Of a stretch of 56,146 bases of DNA, positions 39,789 through 50,241 are shown in pieces; the first letter of the stretch is position 1, and every line of letters begins with the position of its first letter. The position numbers and the translations under genes are program-made. The notes beneath the pieces are model-generated. The model worked only from the letters and a program-made list of their open reading frames with translations, made no database searches and was not told the DNA's origin. Location: the NCBI GenBank assembly GCA_016929645.1, contig JAFGIK010000036.1, forward strand, positions 1 to 56,146, given 5' to 3'. The stretch is from Candidatus Dojkabacteria bacterium (GTDB taxonomy: Bacteria; Patescibacteriota; Dojkabacteria; SC72; JAFGCJ01).

Positions 39789-40477
39789 ATCTGATCCTTC
39801 ATTTTCTCAAAAGTCGATTCACCAATCCCCTTTACATCCATAATATCTTCGATCCTATTATATGGCCTTGCCTCAATAATTTTGGTTGCAGTTGCTGGAC
39901 CTACACCAGTAATCGATTCAAGTTGTGAAGAATCGGCAGTATTAATACTTATCCTGCCATCAGAACATAGACCCGAACTATTTGATATAACACCATTATT
40001 TAAGTCTCCATCTAATGATTGAACCTCCCTGTTAAGCAAAATACAATCAGAATCAGTTAAGCTTGGAATGTAAATCTTTTGATTAGGTTGCAGCAACTCG
40101 GCACGATTAAGATTTTTATCAACCCATTCTATACAAACATCATCAGAAAAGCCTTCTGAAAGACTAATAATGTCGTTAACAATAGACCCGGATTTAAGGC
40201 AATAAACATCAGGCAAAATAACACTCCCAGAGATGTCGACCCAGAGATCACAATCTGATGATTGCTGTTCAATATCACCATTTTCTTGCAATTTTTCTTC
40301 ATCACTATAACTTCCATCAGTATATAAAGGACTTGGTGATATATTTTTGCCATTTTTATTGAAAAATACGTATCCAAGTACCAAAATCACTAAAATTATT
40401 CCAACAACAACATATATTTGATGTTTCTTGTCTTTAAAAAATAATTTATAGTCAAAATTTAATATATTTTCATTCAT
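39779..40477 (-). CDS. comEA: ComEA DNA receptor (SLBB + helix-hairpin-helix)
   Basis: TM anchor, VDISGSV..PDVY, ISINTAD..QLESITGVGPATATKII, VKGIGE. Confidence 0.92.
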   Translation of the reverse strand: MNENILNFDYKLFFKDKKHQIYVVVGIILVILVLGYVFFNKNGKNISPSPLYTDGSYSDEEKLQENGDIEQQSSDCDLWVDISGSVILPDVYCLKSGSIVNDIISLSEGFSDDVCIEWVDKNLNRAELLQPNQKIYIPSLTDSDCILLNREVQSLDGDLNNGVISNSSGLCSDGRISINTADSSQLESITGVGPATATKIIEARPYNRIEDIMDVKGIGESTFEKMKDQICL

Positions 40478-40532
40478 GTTCTAATTTTAGACAACAAGGA
40501 TTAAAAAAACATAAAAGTGATATAATATAAAT

Positions 40533-40886
40533 ATGGGACTCACATACATAACAGTAAAACTTGTTAACCCCAAAAACACACAAGCGAAATTCAAGAGAAA
40601 GTTTCTTGTAGATAGCGGTGCAACTTATTCTGTTGTTGATGCCAATGTTCTTAAGACATTAAAAGTTGAATCTATTCGAACACAGAAATTTATCCTTGCA
40701 AACGGTGAGGAAATAAAAAAAGATATTGGTGAAATTACATTTATTTATAAAGGGGATAAAGCTACTTCTCCGGTAGTATTTGGAGATGATAATATTTTCC
40801 TTCTTGGTGCAGTAACACTTGAAAGTTTTGGATTTATCGTCGATCCTCTGAATAGAAAACTAAAGAAACTCCCAATGCTTATTTGA
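40533..40886 (+). CDS. clan AA (retropepsin-like) aspartyl protease
   Basis: FLVDSGAT, LANG, LLGAVTLESFG..VDP. Confidence 0.85.
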   Translation: MGLTYITVKLVNPKNTQAKFKRKFLVDSGATYSVVDANVLKTLKVESIRTQKFILANGEEIKKDIGEITFIYKGDKATSPVVFGDDNIFLLGAVTLESFGFIVDPLNRKLKKLPMLI

Positions 40887-40941
40887 AGACATTTTAGTCA
40901 ACATTCACACATATAAAAAATACCCCCAAAAAGCAAAGAAT

Positions 40942-41622
40942 TTAATTTTCGTGAATTACTATATCTTCAATAACAACATCACTTAAAGGTTTATCACTAG
41001 AATCAGTACTTACCTTTGATATTTCATCGACTACATCCATTCCTGAAATGACTTTCCCGAAAATCGTATGTTTCCCGTTAAGATAAGTTGGATTTGAGCC
41101 CGTCACTGTGATAAAAAACTGAGAACCGTTTGTATTTGTGCCACTATTTGCCATAGCAAGAACACCATTATCAGAAAATGTATACTTTGCAAGGATCTCA
41201 TCATTAAATGTATAACCAGGACCGCCAGAACCATTTCCATTAGGATCACCCCCCTGAATAACAAAATTTTCAACAACTCGATGAAAAAGAAGACCATCAT
41301 AGAAGTTTTCTTTGGCAAGGAATATAAAGTTATTCACTGCTTTTGGAGTATCTTTTTCATATAAATCAACAACAATGTCCCCATGATTCGTCTTAATTGT
41401 AGCAGTATAGTCAATGTCCTGATCTATCTGCATTTCAGGATATTCAGAATATTCACCTCCTTCTGAGTTACCAAGATTTGAGATATCGTTACTACCTGAA
41501 AAATAATCACCTCCCTGACCAAAATAAATTCCTATGAAAACTATCAACGCAACAGCACCAGCAAGAGGAAGTAATACATCTTTATGATCTTTTAACATAT
41601 CTACAGGATTTAATGCTCCCAT
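40942..41622 (-). CDS. membrane-anchored cyclophilin-type peptidyl-prolyl isomerase
   Basis: FHRVVENFVIQGGDP, LAMANSG..TNGSQFFI, HTIFGKV. Confidence 0.95.
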   Translation of the reverse strand: MGALNPVDMLKDHKDVLLPLAGAVALIVFIGIYFGQGGDYFSGSNDISNLGNSEGGEYSEYPEMQIDQDIDYTATIKTNHGDIVVDLYEKDTPKAVNNFIFLAKENFYDGLLFHRVVENFVIQGGDPNGNGSGGPGYTFNDEILAKYTFSDNGVLAMANSGTNTNGSQFFITVTGSNPTYLNGKHTIFGKVISGMDVVDEISKVSTDSSDKPLSDVVIEDIVIHEN

Positions 41623-41755
41623 AATAATCTATATCAAAATTAATTTGTGCCTGCCTATAGGCACAGCAATCTTAATAAATACCCTGACAAACCCTTATAA
41701 AATAAATAAATACAAGTATAACTGGGCATAGAACGATCAATATTGTTTCGACATA

Positions 41756-44179
41756 TTATACAACAATCGTTACAATCCTACCCGGTACATAAATAAACTT
41801 CTTAATTTCGTTTCCCTCCATATATTTTTTGACATTATTATCTGAGATTGCAAGTTCCTTTACCTGATCCTCAGTCATACCCTCTGTAACATTTACTTTA
41901 CCTCGAACTTTACCATTGATTTGAACAGCAATCTCTTTTGCCTCATTTTTAAGAGAATTTTCATCAAACTTTGGCCACATTTGAGAATGAACGGAGAATT
42001 CCTGACCTAAAATATCCCAAAGTTCCTCAGCAGTGTACGGCATAAATACCGATGTCAAAAGAACAATCTTCTTTACAGATTCTTTAGAAATTTCAGATTT
42101 TTCAGCCTTATCAACACCATTTAAAAATTCCATTAACTTAGCAATAGCTGTGTTATACCCAAATTTAGCAATATCTTCAGAAACATTCTTAATCGTCTTG
42201 TTAACCAGAGATGAAATTTTATCAGAATCTTTCTGGCCAAAATCATCTTTATTTTCCGACACAAAACAGTAGAATCTCTCGATGAACCTTTTTACACCAA
42301 CTAAAGTATTCTCATTCCAAGCCATTGTTCCATCAAATGGTCCCATAAACATCAAATAAGTTCTTACCACATCAACACCATGTTTTTCTGCAACTTCATC
42401 AGGGATAATAACGTTTCCTCTGGATTTGCTCATTCTCTGACTATCAGGACCAAGAATCACACCATGAGACATTCTTCGATAATATGGTTCAGGAACAGAT
42501 TTTGGCACAACACCGAGATCCCATAAAAATTGATAGATAAAGCGAGAATACAATAAATGCAAGGTATTATGCTCATCACCACCGACATATACATCAACTG
42601 GCATCCAATACTCAAGTTTTTTCATATCTGCAAATGATTTGTCGTTATCTGGATCAAGATATCTCAGAAAATACCAATCACTACCAGCCCAATTAGGCAT
42701 AGTATCGGTCTCTCTTTTGGCAGAACCACCGCATTTAGGGCATGTCGTATTTACCCATTCTTCAATATTTGCCAATGGACTTTCACCTGTATCAGTCGGC
42801 TCATACTTCTCAACCTTTGGTAACTCAATTGGCAAGTTCTCTTCTTTTACAGGAACCCATCCGCATTTCTCACAATGAACCATAGGAATAGGCTCACCCC
42901 AATAATGCTGTCTTGAGAAAATCCAATCACGAAGATGATAATTAACAGCTTTGACACCAACACCTTTTTCACCAAGCCATTTAATAATTTTTGCAATTGC
43001 GTCCTTTGGAACCATACCTGTAAGAAAATCAGAATTGATCATCTCACCAGTATTTACATCAGTGTATGCTCCATCATCATAATTCCATTCAGTTTTTGAT
43101 TTAATTACAGGAATAATTTCAAGTCCAAATTTCTTCGCAAAATCATAATCACGCTGATCATGTGCAGGAACAGCCATAATGGCACCAGTTCCGTAAGTAG
43201 AAAGTACAAAATCAGAAATCCAAATAGGAATCTCTTTATTATTAACAGGGTTAATAGCATAAAAGCCCGAAAAAACACCAGTTTTTTCTTTCTGCAATTC
43301 AGATCGCTCTAATTCAGATTTCTTCTTTGATTCCTCAACATATTGCTTAATCTCTGGATTACTAATAACTTCTGAAACCAACCAATGCTCTGGTGCTACA
43401 ACCATAAAAGTGGCACCCCACAAAGTATCGGGCCTTGTGGTATAAACTTTCAATTTTTTATCAAAGCCTTTTATCTCAAAATCAACTTCTGCTCCTTCAC
43501 TTCTGTCAATCCAGTTAATTTGAGCAGCCTTAACTTTTTCAATAAAATTCGTCTTTTCCAAACCACTGATTAATCTATCAGCATAATCTGTAATTTTGAC
43601 AATCCACTGACTCAGATTCTTCTTAGTGGCAACTGCCCCACACCTTTCACACTTACCATCAACAACTTCCTCATTAGCAAGGCCTGTCTTGCAACTTGGA
43701 CACCAGTTTATTGGCTTTTCTTCCTTATACGCAAGACCTTTTTCAAAAAGTTTTATAAAAATCCATTGAGTCCACTTATAATAATTCGAATCTGTGGTAT
43801 TAACTTCTCTTGTCCAATCAAAAGAAAATGCAAGCTGCTTCATTTGATTTTTAAATGTGGCCGTATTCTGATCCGTTGCTTTCGACGGATGAATTCCCGT
43901 CTTAATTGCATAATTCTCAGTAGGTAAACCAAAAGCATCCCATCCCATAGGGAAAAGAACATTAAAACCACTCATCCTTTGATATCGTGCATAAACATCA
44001 GCACCGGTCATTGTGAAAGCGTGGCCAATATGAAGACCCTCACCTGAAGGATAAGGAAACTCTACCAAGACATATTTTTTCTGTTTTTTGGAAAAATCTT
44101 CAGCTTTATAAAGGAGATCAGCAGATGCCCATTTTTCTTGCCATTTAGATTCTATTTTCTTTGAGTCCATCTTGCTCAT
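41756..44179 (-). CDS. leuS: leucyl-tRNA synthetase
   Basis: FPYPSGEGLHIGH, YTTRPDT editing domain, GTGAIMAVPAHDQRD, RMSKSRGN. Confidence 0.98.
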   Translation of the reverse strand: MSKMDSKKIESKWQEKWASADLLYKAEDFSKKQKKYVLVEFPYPSGEGLHIGHAFTMTGADVYARYQRMSGFNVLFPMGWDAFGLPTENYAIKTGIHPSKATDQNTATFKNQMKQLAFSFDWTREVNTTDSNYYKWTQWIFIKLFEKGLAYKEEKPINWCPSCKTGLANEEVVDGKCERCGAVATKKNLSQWIVKITDYADRLISGLEKTNFIEKVKAAQINWIDRSEGAEVDFEIKGFDKKLKVYTTRPDTLWGATFMVVAPEHWLVSEVISNPEIKQYVEESKKKSELERSELQKEKTGVFSGFYAINPVNNKEIPIWISDFVLSTYGTGAIMAVPAHDQRDYDFAKKFGLEIIPVIKSKTEWNYDDGAYTDVNTGEMINSDFLTGMVPKDAIAKIIKWLGEKGVGVKAVNYHLRDWIFSRQHYWGEPIPMVHCEKCGWVPVKEENLPIELPKVEKYEPTDTGESPLANIEEWVNTTCPKCGGSAKRETDTMPNWAGSDWYFLRYLDPDNDKSFADMKKLEYWMPVDVYVGGDEHNTLHLLYSRFIYQFLWDLGVVPKSVPEPYYRRMSHGVILGPDSQRMSKSRGNVIIPDEVAEKHGVDVVRTYLMFMGPFDGTMAWNENTLVGVKRFIERFYCFVSENKDDFGQKDSDKISSLVNKTIKNVSEDIAKFGYNTAIAKLMEFLNGVDKAEKSEISKESVKKIVLLTSVFMPYTAEELWDILGQEFSVHSQMWPKFDENSLKNEAKEIAVQINGKVRGKVNVTEGMTEDQVKELAISDNNVKKYMEGNEIKKFIYVPGRIVTIVV

Positions 44180-44409
44180 CTTTATAAAGATTAAAATTAT
44201 GTAAATTTTTTATTGAACGAAAAAATGAGGGATTACGAAAAATATTAATAAGAAAAGTACACACATATCTTTAAGAATTCCCGCACCAAATCATAGTTCA
44301 ATGAGATACATTATATCAAAATTTGGTTAAAACAGTAATTATGATGACAGATAACATCCTATAGCTTGTCAATCAAAATCAGAATCCAGTCATTCTCAGC
44401 AAAAATGCC

Positions 44410-44976
44410 TTAAGTGCAGTTAGCATAGCAAAGAAAAACCTTACCACGGATAGCGTTTTTTTGCACAACACTTTTTAGAGAAACCTCTCTGTTATCACCA
44501 CTGATAAGAAATTCATTATCAGAAAGCTCATAACCAAAAGAACAATCACCAAAATCGCTCTCAAGGAAAGCCTTACCAAAATCCGGATCAGAATCCGCAT
44601 ACATATCCTCGTTCTCTTCTTCTCCATCTATCATAAGTATGCCATCAGCAAACTGAATTTTTTCACCAGGAAGACCGACAACCCGTCCAATATATAATTT
44701 ACCTTTATTATAATAGGTGACAATATCCCCACGATTAAAATTCTTCCTCAAAGAATTCATTGATAAAACATAGGACCCATCTTTGAAAGTCGGGTCCATA
44801 CTGCTTCCCACTACTTCATTGGTACCAAACATGTTTAATCCCAAGAACAATAAACCACCCAAAACCAAAAGTATCATTAGACCTACTGGTAAAAAGATAC
44901 CAACCAGCAATAAGCTTTTGTTTACCTTAACTTTTTGCAAATTGTTCATTCTTTCCATTTTGGACTTTAATTTCAT
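44410..44976 (-). CDS. signal peptidase I homologue with catalytic Lys replaced by Gly
   Basis: GSSMDPTF (Ser), RGDIV, YIGRVVGLPGE (normally KR), GDNR. Confidence 0.8.
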   Translation of the reverse strand: MKLKSKMERMNNLQKVKVNKSLLLVGIFLPVGLMILLVLGGLLFLGLNMFGTNEVVGSSMDPTFKDGSYVLSMNSLRKNFNRGDIVTYYNKGKLYIGRVVGLPGEKIQFADGILMIDGEEENEDMYADSDPDFGKAFLESDFGDCSFGYELSDNEFLISGDNREVSLKSVVQKNAIRGKVFLCYANCT

Positions 44977-45076
44977 GAAAATCTAATCAAAGTTTTATTT
45001 AATAATTAATATTGAGTTAAATATTTTAATCATTATATACGTAGCCAGTCAATAAAACAGCACCACAAAAAGACCA

Positions 45077-45895
45077 TTAACCTTCAGGCACAAACTTTTC
45101 AAAAAGCGGCATATCTTCACCAATGTTCCAAAAATGGTCAAACATTTGCTTTTGGAGATGGAACATCTGATCGTTATGAATCTCAATTGCCATATAATCC
45201 TCGTTTAAAAAATGTGAAAAAACAACAATATCATCATACAAATAAATATCGTGCTTTATTTCAAGAACCTTTGGTGAAATATACCTTTCCTTATGAATTT
45301 CCTTCATTTCTTCCGGATATTGAGACCACAATGTACCGTCTTCAATAGTATTCGACAGCTCAAAACTATATATTTTTCGATTGAACAACTCACGATGTAT
45401 CAGACTTGCATAATCTGCTCCAAGTATGAGTTTCCAGTCAAGATAGCCTAATTGATAAATCTTTTTATTTTTAGATTTCGTACAGTTCCATATTACCTGT
45501 TTAATACCTTCCACTCCTCGGTATAAGTGCGCTAATGAAGAACAACTCGACTGAGACATAGAACTTTGAAGCTTCATTATAGTTGTTTGTAAACAACTTT
45601 TAACCTTAGACAATTTCTGTTGTTCAGTATTATAAATCATTTTCAGAAATTCAGGATCTTGAGCAGAAAAATATGATTTCTTTTCCTCATAAAGCGGTTT
45701 AATCAAACCTTTTTTTATAATTTCCTCCAAAGCCCTATATACAGAAGCACGGTTTATACCAGTTTCCCTGGAGATCTGTAAAACACTTAAGCCTGGTTTT
45801 CTTAATAAAGTTTTATATATTTTTATTTGTTTCACATTCAACCCTAGTAGGATAAGAGTCTGATCTACATTTGATTCAACAATTCTGTTCGACAT
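45077..45895 (-). CDS. TrmB-family transcriptional regulator
   Basis: LGLNVKQIKIY...TGINRASVYRAL..KGL; YRGVEGIKQ. Confidence 0.85.
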   Translation of the reverse strand: MSNRIVESNVDQTLILLGLNVKQIKIYKTLLRKPGLSVLQISRETGINRASVYRALEEIIKKGLIKPLYEEKKSYFSAQDPEFLKMIYNTEQQKLSKVKSCLQTTIMKLQSSMSQSSCSSLAHLYRGVEGIKQVIWNCTKSKNKKIYQLGYLDWKLILGADYASLIHRELFNRKIYSFELSNTIEDGTLWSQYPEEMKEIHKERYISPKVLEIKHDIYLYDDIVVFSHFLNEDYMAIEIHNDQMFHLQKQMFDHFWNIGEDMPLFEKFVPEG

Positions 45896-45966
45896 ATCGT
45901 ACAACAATTATGTTAATTACGGCCTTCATTATAAAATTTAGCATTAATTTGTTCAAGTAATCAAAC

Positions 45967-46920
45967 ATGGAAATATATATACAATCAAATAAAACTTTAT
46001 TTAGCAGAGCTATTAATGATATTTCGAAAAAGTCGCCAGACAAACAGAAAAACATAAAATTCATTAATATTCCATTAATTATTCAAAAATTAGGGCTTTT
46101 TCCCAAAATATACGAATCAGATGACAAAAAAATATTAGGCGTGGCTGATCCACACGAACTAGGCTGGGATTTATCATCAAAACAAATCAAAAGTATTAGA
46201 AATCTAAAATCAATTTGTACAAAATCAAGTTATATCGAATATATTGATCTCAAATTATGCCGTGAAAAAAGAATTAGCGTAAAAAATAATCCAGGTATAA
46301 ATTCACAATCAGTTGCAGAATATGCCATATGGATGATGCTTTCTCTTGCACGAAGGCTACCCCAACAGATAAATAATAAATTCGTAAGTGAATATGATGA
46401 AAAAGATGAACAAACCGAAATTTCTGGGAAAACCGCCGGAATATTTGGCCTTGGGAAAATTGGAAGTCGAATTGCAAAAATGAGCAAAGGGTTAGGAATG
46501 AAAGTCATTTATTGGAGTAGAAAGAGCCGTGAAAAGAACTATAAATATGTAGCAATTGAGAAATTAATGAAAACTTCAGATTTCATTTTCAACTGCCTGG
46601 ATTTAAATAAAGATACAATGGGATTTTTTAATCAAGAATTACTAAAATTGATGAAGAGTAATGCATATTTTATAAGTGTAATGGGAGGCATGGGATATGG
46701 AATCGAAGACAATGATTATTTATGCAAAGCTGTTATAAAGGGGAAAATTGCGGGTTTTTCTATAGAAAAAGAACATGAAAAAAATTATAAAATAATGAAA
46801 ATACCTGCTGGCACGAATATATTTATTCCTTCAAGCCTGGCATTTTTCACAAAAGAAGCAAACGAAAGAGCGTATTTGCATTTTATAGAAAATATTTGCG
46901 AAGAAGTAAAAAAGAGTTAA
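45967..46920 (+). CDS. D-isomer-specific 2-hydroxyacid dehydrogenase family protein
   Basis: NNPG.NSQSVAE, GIFGLGKIG Rossmann motif; the usual catalytic Arg/His positions look divergent. Confidence 0.82.
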   Translation: MEIYIQSNKTLFSRAINDISKKSPDKQKNIKFINIPLIIQKLGLFPKIYESDDKKILGVADPHELGWDLSSKQIKSIRNLKSICTKSSYIEYIDLKLCREKRISVKNNPGINSQSVAEYAIWMMLSLARRLPQQINNKFVSEYDEKDEQTEISGKTAGIFGLGKIGSRIAKMSKGLGMKVIYWSRKSREKNYKYVAIEKLMKTSDFIFNCLDLNKDTMGFFNQELLKLMKSNAYFISVMGGMGYGIEDNDYLCKAVIKGKIAGFSIEKEHEKNYKIMKIPAGTNIFIPSSLAFFTKEANERAYLHFIENICEEVKKS

Positions 46921-46989
46921 TTAGTTTAATTTGGCCTTGCGTCAACAAAAAGGCTGGAAAATATTATCAAAAATGACAAGACAATAGAC

Positions 46990-47898
46990 TTATCCAAATA
47001 TTCTTTTGTTCTGAACTTCCAGATATTTATTTTTTCCCCATAACCTCACCATCCTTTCAGTCACAGGTTTGGCCAAAGCCCAGTTTAAAAGAAAAATAGA
47101 CTTTAATGAGGTTGCCAAAGCATCACTGCAAATTTTCATTCCCCATACCTCATTTTCATCTGCACTTGCGATTCGGACATAACGATCCTTAATAGAAATT
47201 CGAAGGCGCATATCAAAAACTGGATTATCAATATATCTAATCTCTGTTTTTATTAAATATTCAGGATCGCGATTCCATTGATAAGAAATAACATGTTTTG
47301 CCCAATCATTAAGACATACAAGCTCACGATCAATTGATTTTCGATGACGACGAACACGATTATCAGACGTTACAATTTTATTTAAAACTTTCTGTCCGAA
47401 AACATCAGTTGGCACCAAATTATCCCAAGCATATTGATCTAGATCCACCGCATATAACTCCTTGTCATTGTAAATTTGTATCAATCCATCAATGCCTGGA
47501 AAAAATTGAAAATCCACGTCATTCTTTTTATCGTGAAAAATACCCCTAAGCCACGGCAGAATCTCAACAATATCAACTTCAAGCTTAACAAGATCTTTTT
47601 GCTTTTCCCTTGTTATTTTTCTAAGCAAAGACGGATTTTTAGCTCTAACCAAAGTCTGGTATTTTGTTATTCCGTCACTCTGTTCAAGTTCAACTAAACC
47701 CTTAAGTGACAAGTTCATTAAAACATCATATATGGAAGATCTTGGAATCCCGGTTAATTTTGAAATTTCAGTAGGATTCAGCCCATCATTTTTAATAGCA
47801 ACAACATATACTTTAATTTCCTTTTCATTAAGACCAAATTTCTTTAGAGTCCGAACTACCAATGGATTAGATTTACTAAGGTCATTAACTTTATTCAT
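46990..47898 (-). CDS. TrmB-family transcriptional regulator
   Basis: FGLNEKEIKVY...TGIPRSSIYDVL..KGLV; FFPGIDG; ATG 47898 preferred over the track start 48057. Confidence 0.85.
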   Translation of the reverse strand: MNKVNDLSKSNPLVVRTLKKFGLNEKEIKVYVVAIKNDGLNPTEISKLTGIPRSSIYDVLMNLSLKGLVELEQSDGITKYQTLVRAKNPSLLRKITREKQKDLVKLEVDIVEILPWLRGIFHDKKNDVDFQFFPGIDGLIQIYNDKELYAVDLDQYAWDNLVPTDVFGQKVLNKIVTSDNRVRRHRKSIDRELVCLNDWAKHVISYQWNRDPEYLIKTEIRYIDNPVFDMRLRISIKDRYVRIASADENEVWGMKICSDALATSLKSIFLLNWALAKPVTERMVRLWGKNKYLEVQNKRIFG

Positions 47899-47917
47899 AA
47901 AGGATATTTTACTGCAA

Positions 47918-47966
47918 GTGCCGGGGTTTGTCGAAAGTGTTCGACACTTTCGACAAACCCCGGCAC
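47918..47966. repeat. perfect 23-bp GC-rich inverted repeat between divergent genes
   Basis: GTGCCGGGGTTTGTCGAAAGTGT-TCG-ACACTTTCGACAAACCCCGGCAC. Confidence 0.9.
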
Positions 47967-48035
47967 CCAGTGATACAATCCCAACATCTGCCAACAAGCC
48001 TAAAACAACATATCGTTCACAAATACGTAGACGAA

Positions 48036-49238
48036 ATGAGTAATAAAATACCAACAAAACTGAAAATGATTTACCTGATAACCTTTCTTGGAGAACTCTA
48101 CCTCATCATCCCAATCTGGATATTTTTCTATCAAAGGGTTCTAACCTTTGAACAGATTGCCCTTATAACTTCAATTCAACAGCTCACTGCAGTCTTATTT
48201 GAACTGCCGACAGGAGCATTCGCTGACCTCTTCGGCAAAAAGAAAACTCTAATTATATGCTACTTTTTGTACTCAATATCACTGCTTTTCATGCCATTCG
48301 GATTTGCGTTTATTTACTTCATAATCCTAGAAATCATTAAAGGTATAGCAAAAGCAATGTATTCCGGCACATTTGAAGCGTTTGTTTATGACACATTAAA
48401 AGATCAAAACAAGGAAAAAGAATATCCGAAAATCACAGCAAACATGACTACAATTTCGTGGGTCGCCCTTATTATCGCTGGCGTCTTAGGAGGGTTTATG
48501 TATGAAATATGGTATGGCCTACCATATATTGTCCTCGGAATAATTTACGTAATTATTACCATTATAATGATATTTTTCACCACAGAACCAAATACAGACA
48601 CGATAAAATATAGCCTCAAAAGCTACATATCTCAGAACACAAAAGGATTTAAGGAACTCTTTGCATCTTTCAAGACGTCAACTATTGTTTTAATCCTTGC
48701 TATAGTAACCTTTGGATACTATGTTGCTTCAGAACTTCTCGGCATATCTCAAGCCAAAGAATATGGAATGAACGGAATACAGGTTGGTTTTCTATTTTCA
48801 ATCGGCTATCTATTTTCTGCAGTTGCATCTCAATTTTTCCCAAAATTACTCAAGAAATTTGGTAATAAAATACTATTCACAGTATCAACAACAATGCTGA
48901 TTCTATCCTTCTTGCTAGCAAAATTTGTAAGTCCAGTACTTGGTGCAATGCTAATTATCATGCGAATATCGTCTTCTACTACATTTTCAAACCTTAGAAC
49001 AGTAAAGGTTAATTCCCTGGTAAGCTCGAAAAATAGGGCTACCGCACTATCCTCGTTCTCTTTAATGTACGTATCAGCCTACATTATTACAGCCTATTTT
49101 GCAGGAAAATATATTGAGGCGAAATCACCAAATGAATTTGCCTTTTTAATAGGAATAATCGTAACAATAATGGCAGGATTTTTAGGATTTATCAGTATTT
49201 TTGGGAGGTCTATTCGGACAAATTCGAAGGAGGTTTGA
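48036..49238 (+). CDS. MFS transporter
   Basis: FELPTGAFADLFGKKK motif A, SGTFEAFVYD, about 12 TM helices, RATALS. Confidence 0.92.
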   Translation: MSNKIPTKLKMIYLITFLGELYLIIPIWIFFYQRVLTFEQIALITSIQQLTAVLFELPTGAFADLFGKKKTLIICYFLYSISLLFMPFGFAFIYFIILEIIKGIAKAMYSGTFEAFVYDTLKDQNKEKEYPKITANMTTISWVALIIAGVLGGFMYEIWYGLPYIVLGIIYVIITIIMIFFTTEPNTDTIKYSLKSYISQNTKGFKELFASFKTSTIVLILAIVTFGYYVASELLGISQAKEYGMNGIQVGFLFSIGYLFSAVASQFFPKLLKKFGNKILFTVSTTMLILSFLLAKFVSPVLGAMLIIMRISSSTTFSNLRTVKVNSLVSSKNRATALSSFSLMYVSAYIITAYFAGKYIEAKSPNEFAFLIGIIVTIMAGFLGFISIFGRSIRTNSKEV

Positions 49239-49253
49239 GACCGAGACTCAACT

Positions 49254-49502
49254 TCATGAAATTTTAACCCCTAATTCCTTAATCTTGTCCTCTCTCGATA
49301 ATTTCTTAATTTGAACTTCACGCCTCAATGCCAAGGATTTATCCTTAAACTTTTCTTTATGTATCAATCTAAAAGGCAAGCGGGAATTAACATATTTCGA
49401 ACCTTTACCACTTCTGTGAGCCAACATACGACGGGGAATATTATTGGTTATACCTGTATATAAAGATTTATCGCAACACAATAAAACATATAAATAGTAC
49501 AT
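49254..49502 (-). CDS. GIY-YIG nuclease (UPF0213-like)
   Basis: YLYVL..LYTGITNN..RR..H..GKGSKY..ALRRE..IKKL. Confidence 0.92.
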   Translation of the reverse strand: MYYLYVLLCCDKSLYTGITNNIPRRMLAHRSGKGSKYVNSRLPFRLIHKEKFKDKSLALRREVQIKKLSREDKIKELGVKIS

Positions 49503-49525
49503 TATACGCTTAATACCAACAAAGT

Positions 49526-50149
49526 TTACTTTTTGATATCTTTTATCTTGGAAACTATATTATCAGCCTCACCAGATTCTATCTCAGCCTTTCTATCTTT
49601 CAAATGTCCCTCAAAAATGGACCTTGCCGTATCTGTAAAAAACTTGTTTTTACTTCTATATTCAAAAACAGTTGTTGGTGAAAGGCCATATGATACTACG
49701 TTACTGTAAAAGCCCTCTTTATAAGTATCAGACAGATTATCTGCATCAACCATACAAGCAATTTCTGTATCTCCATTAGGTTCTTTAGATTTGTGGTTAA
49801 TAACTACCCTTATAATCGAATTTATTAGCTCCTTGGAATATCCAAGCTCTTCAAGTACTTCTTTGATTATTTCTGGTGCTTTCTCCAAATGCAGTTTTTC
49901 AGCAATTTCCTTATCTTCACCCTTCACATCAGCTTGATATTTTTCTGGAACATTTACCCAACCAATATCATGAAGCATAGCAGCAGGTATCAAAACATCC
50001 TTATTCCCACCCTCCCCTGCAATAATTTCCTCCATAGCTAGTGTGACCAGTTTGGAATGCAAAACATAATCCTTTTTCCCAACACCTTTTAATTTCGCAG
50101 TAACAACATTCCAAACATTTTCATACTTAGTGTCCATATTCATGAACAT
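49526..50149 (-). CDS. HD-domain phosphohydrolase
   Basis: H...AAMLHDIG...H...NH...DAD. Confidence 0.85.
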   Translation of the reverse strand: MFMNMDTKYENVWNVVTAKLKGVGKKDYVLHSKLVTLAMEEIIAGEGGNKDVLIPAAMLHDIGWVNVPEKYQADVKGEDKEIAEKLHLEKAPEIIKEVLEELGYSKELINSIIRVVINHKSKEPNGDTEIACMVDADNLSDTYKEGFYSNVVSYGLSPTTVFEYRSKNKFFTDTARSIFEGHLKDRKAEIESGEADNIVSKIKDIKK

Positions 50150-50241
50150 TAAAATTTAGTTAAATACAAAAATTATACTGACATTATTAGTAATCTCAGA
50201 AATAGTCAAATTTTGCTCGCCAATTAAATAAAAACAAAATT

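Noticed and set aside
47898-48057. Overlapping N-terminal extensions of the TrmB and MFS ORFs
   Set aside because: Extensions run through the palindrome and lack family similarity; ATG 47898 and ATG 48036 give normal proteins
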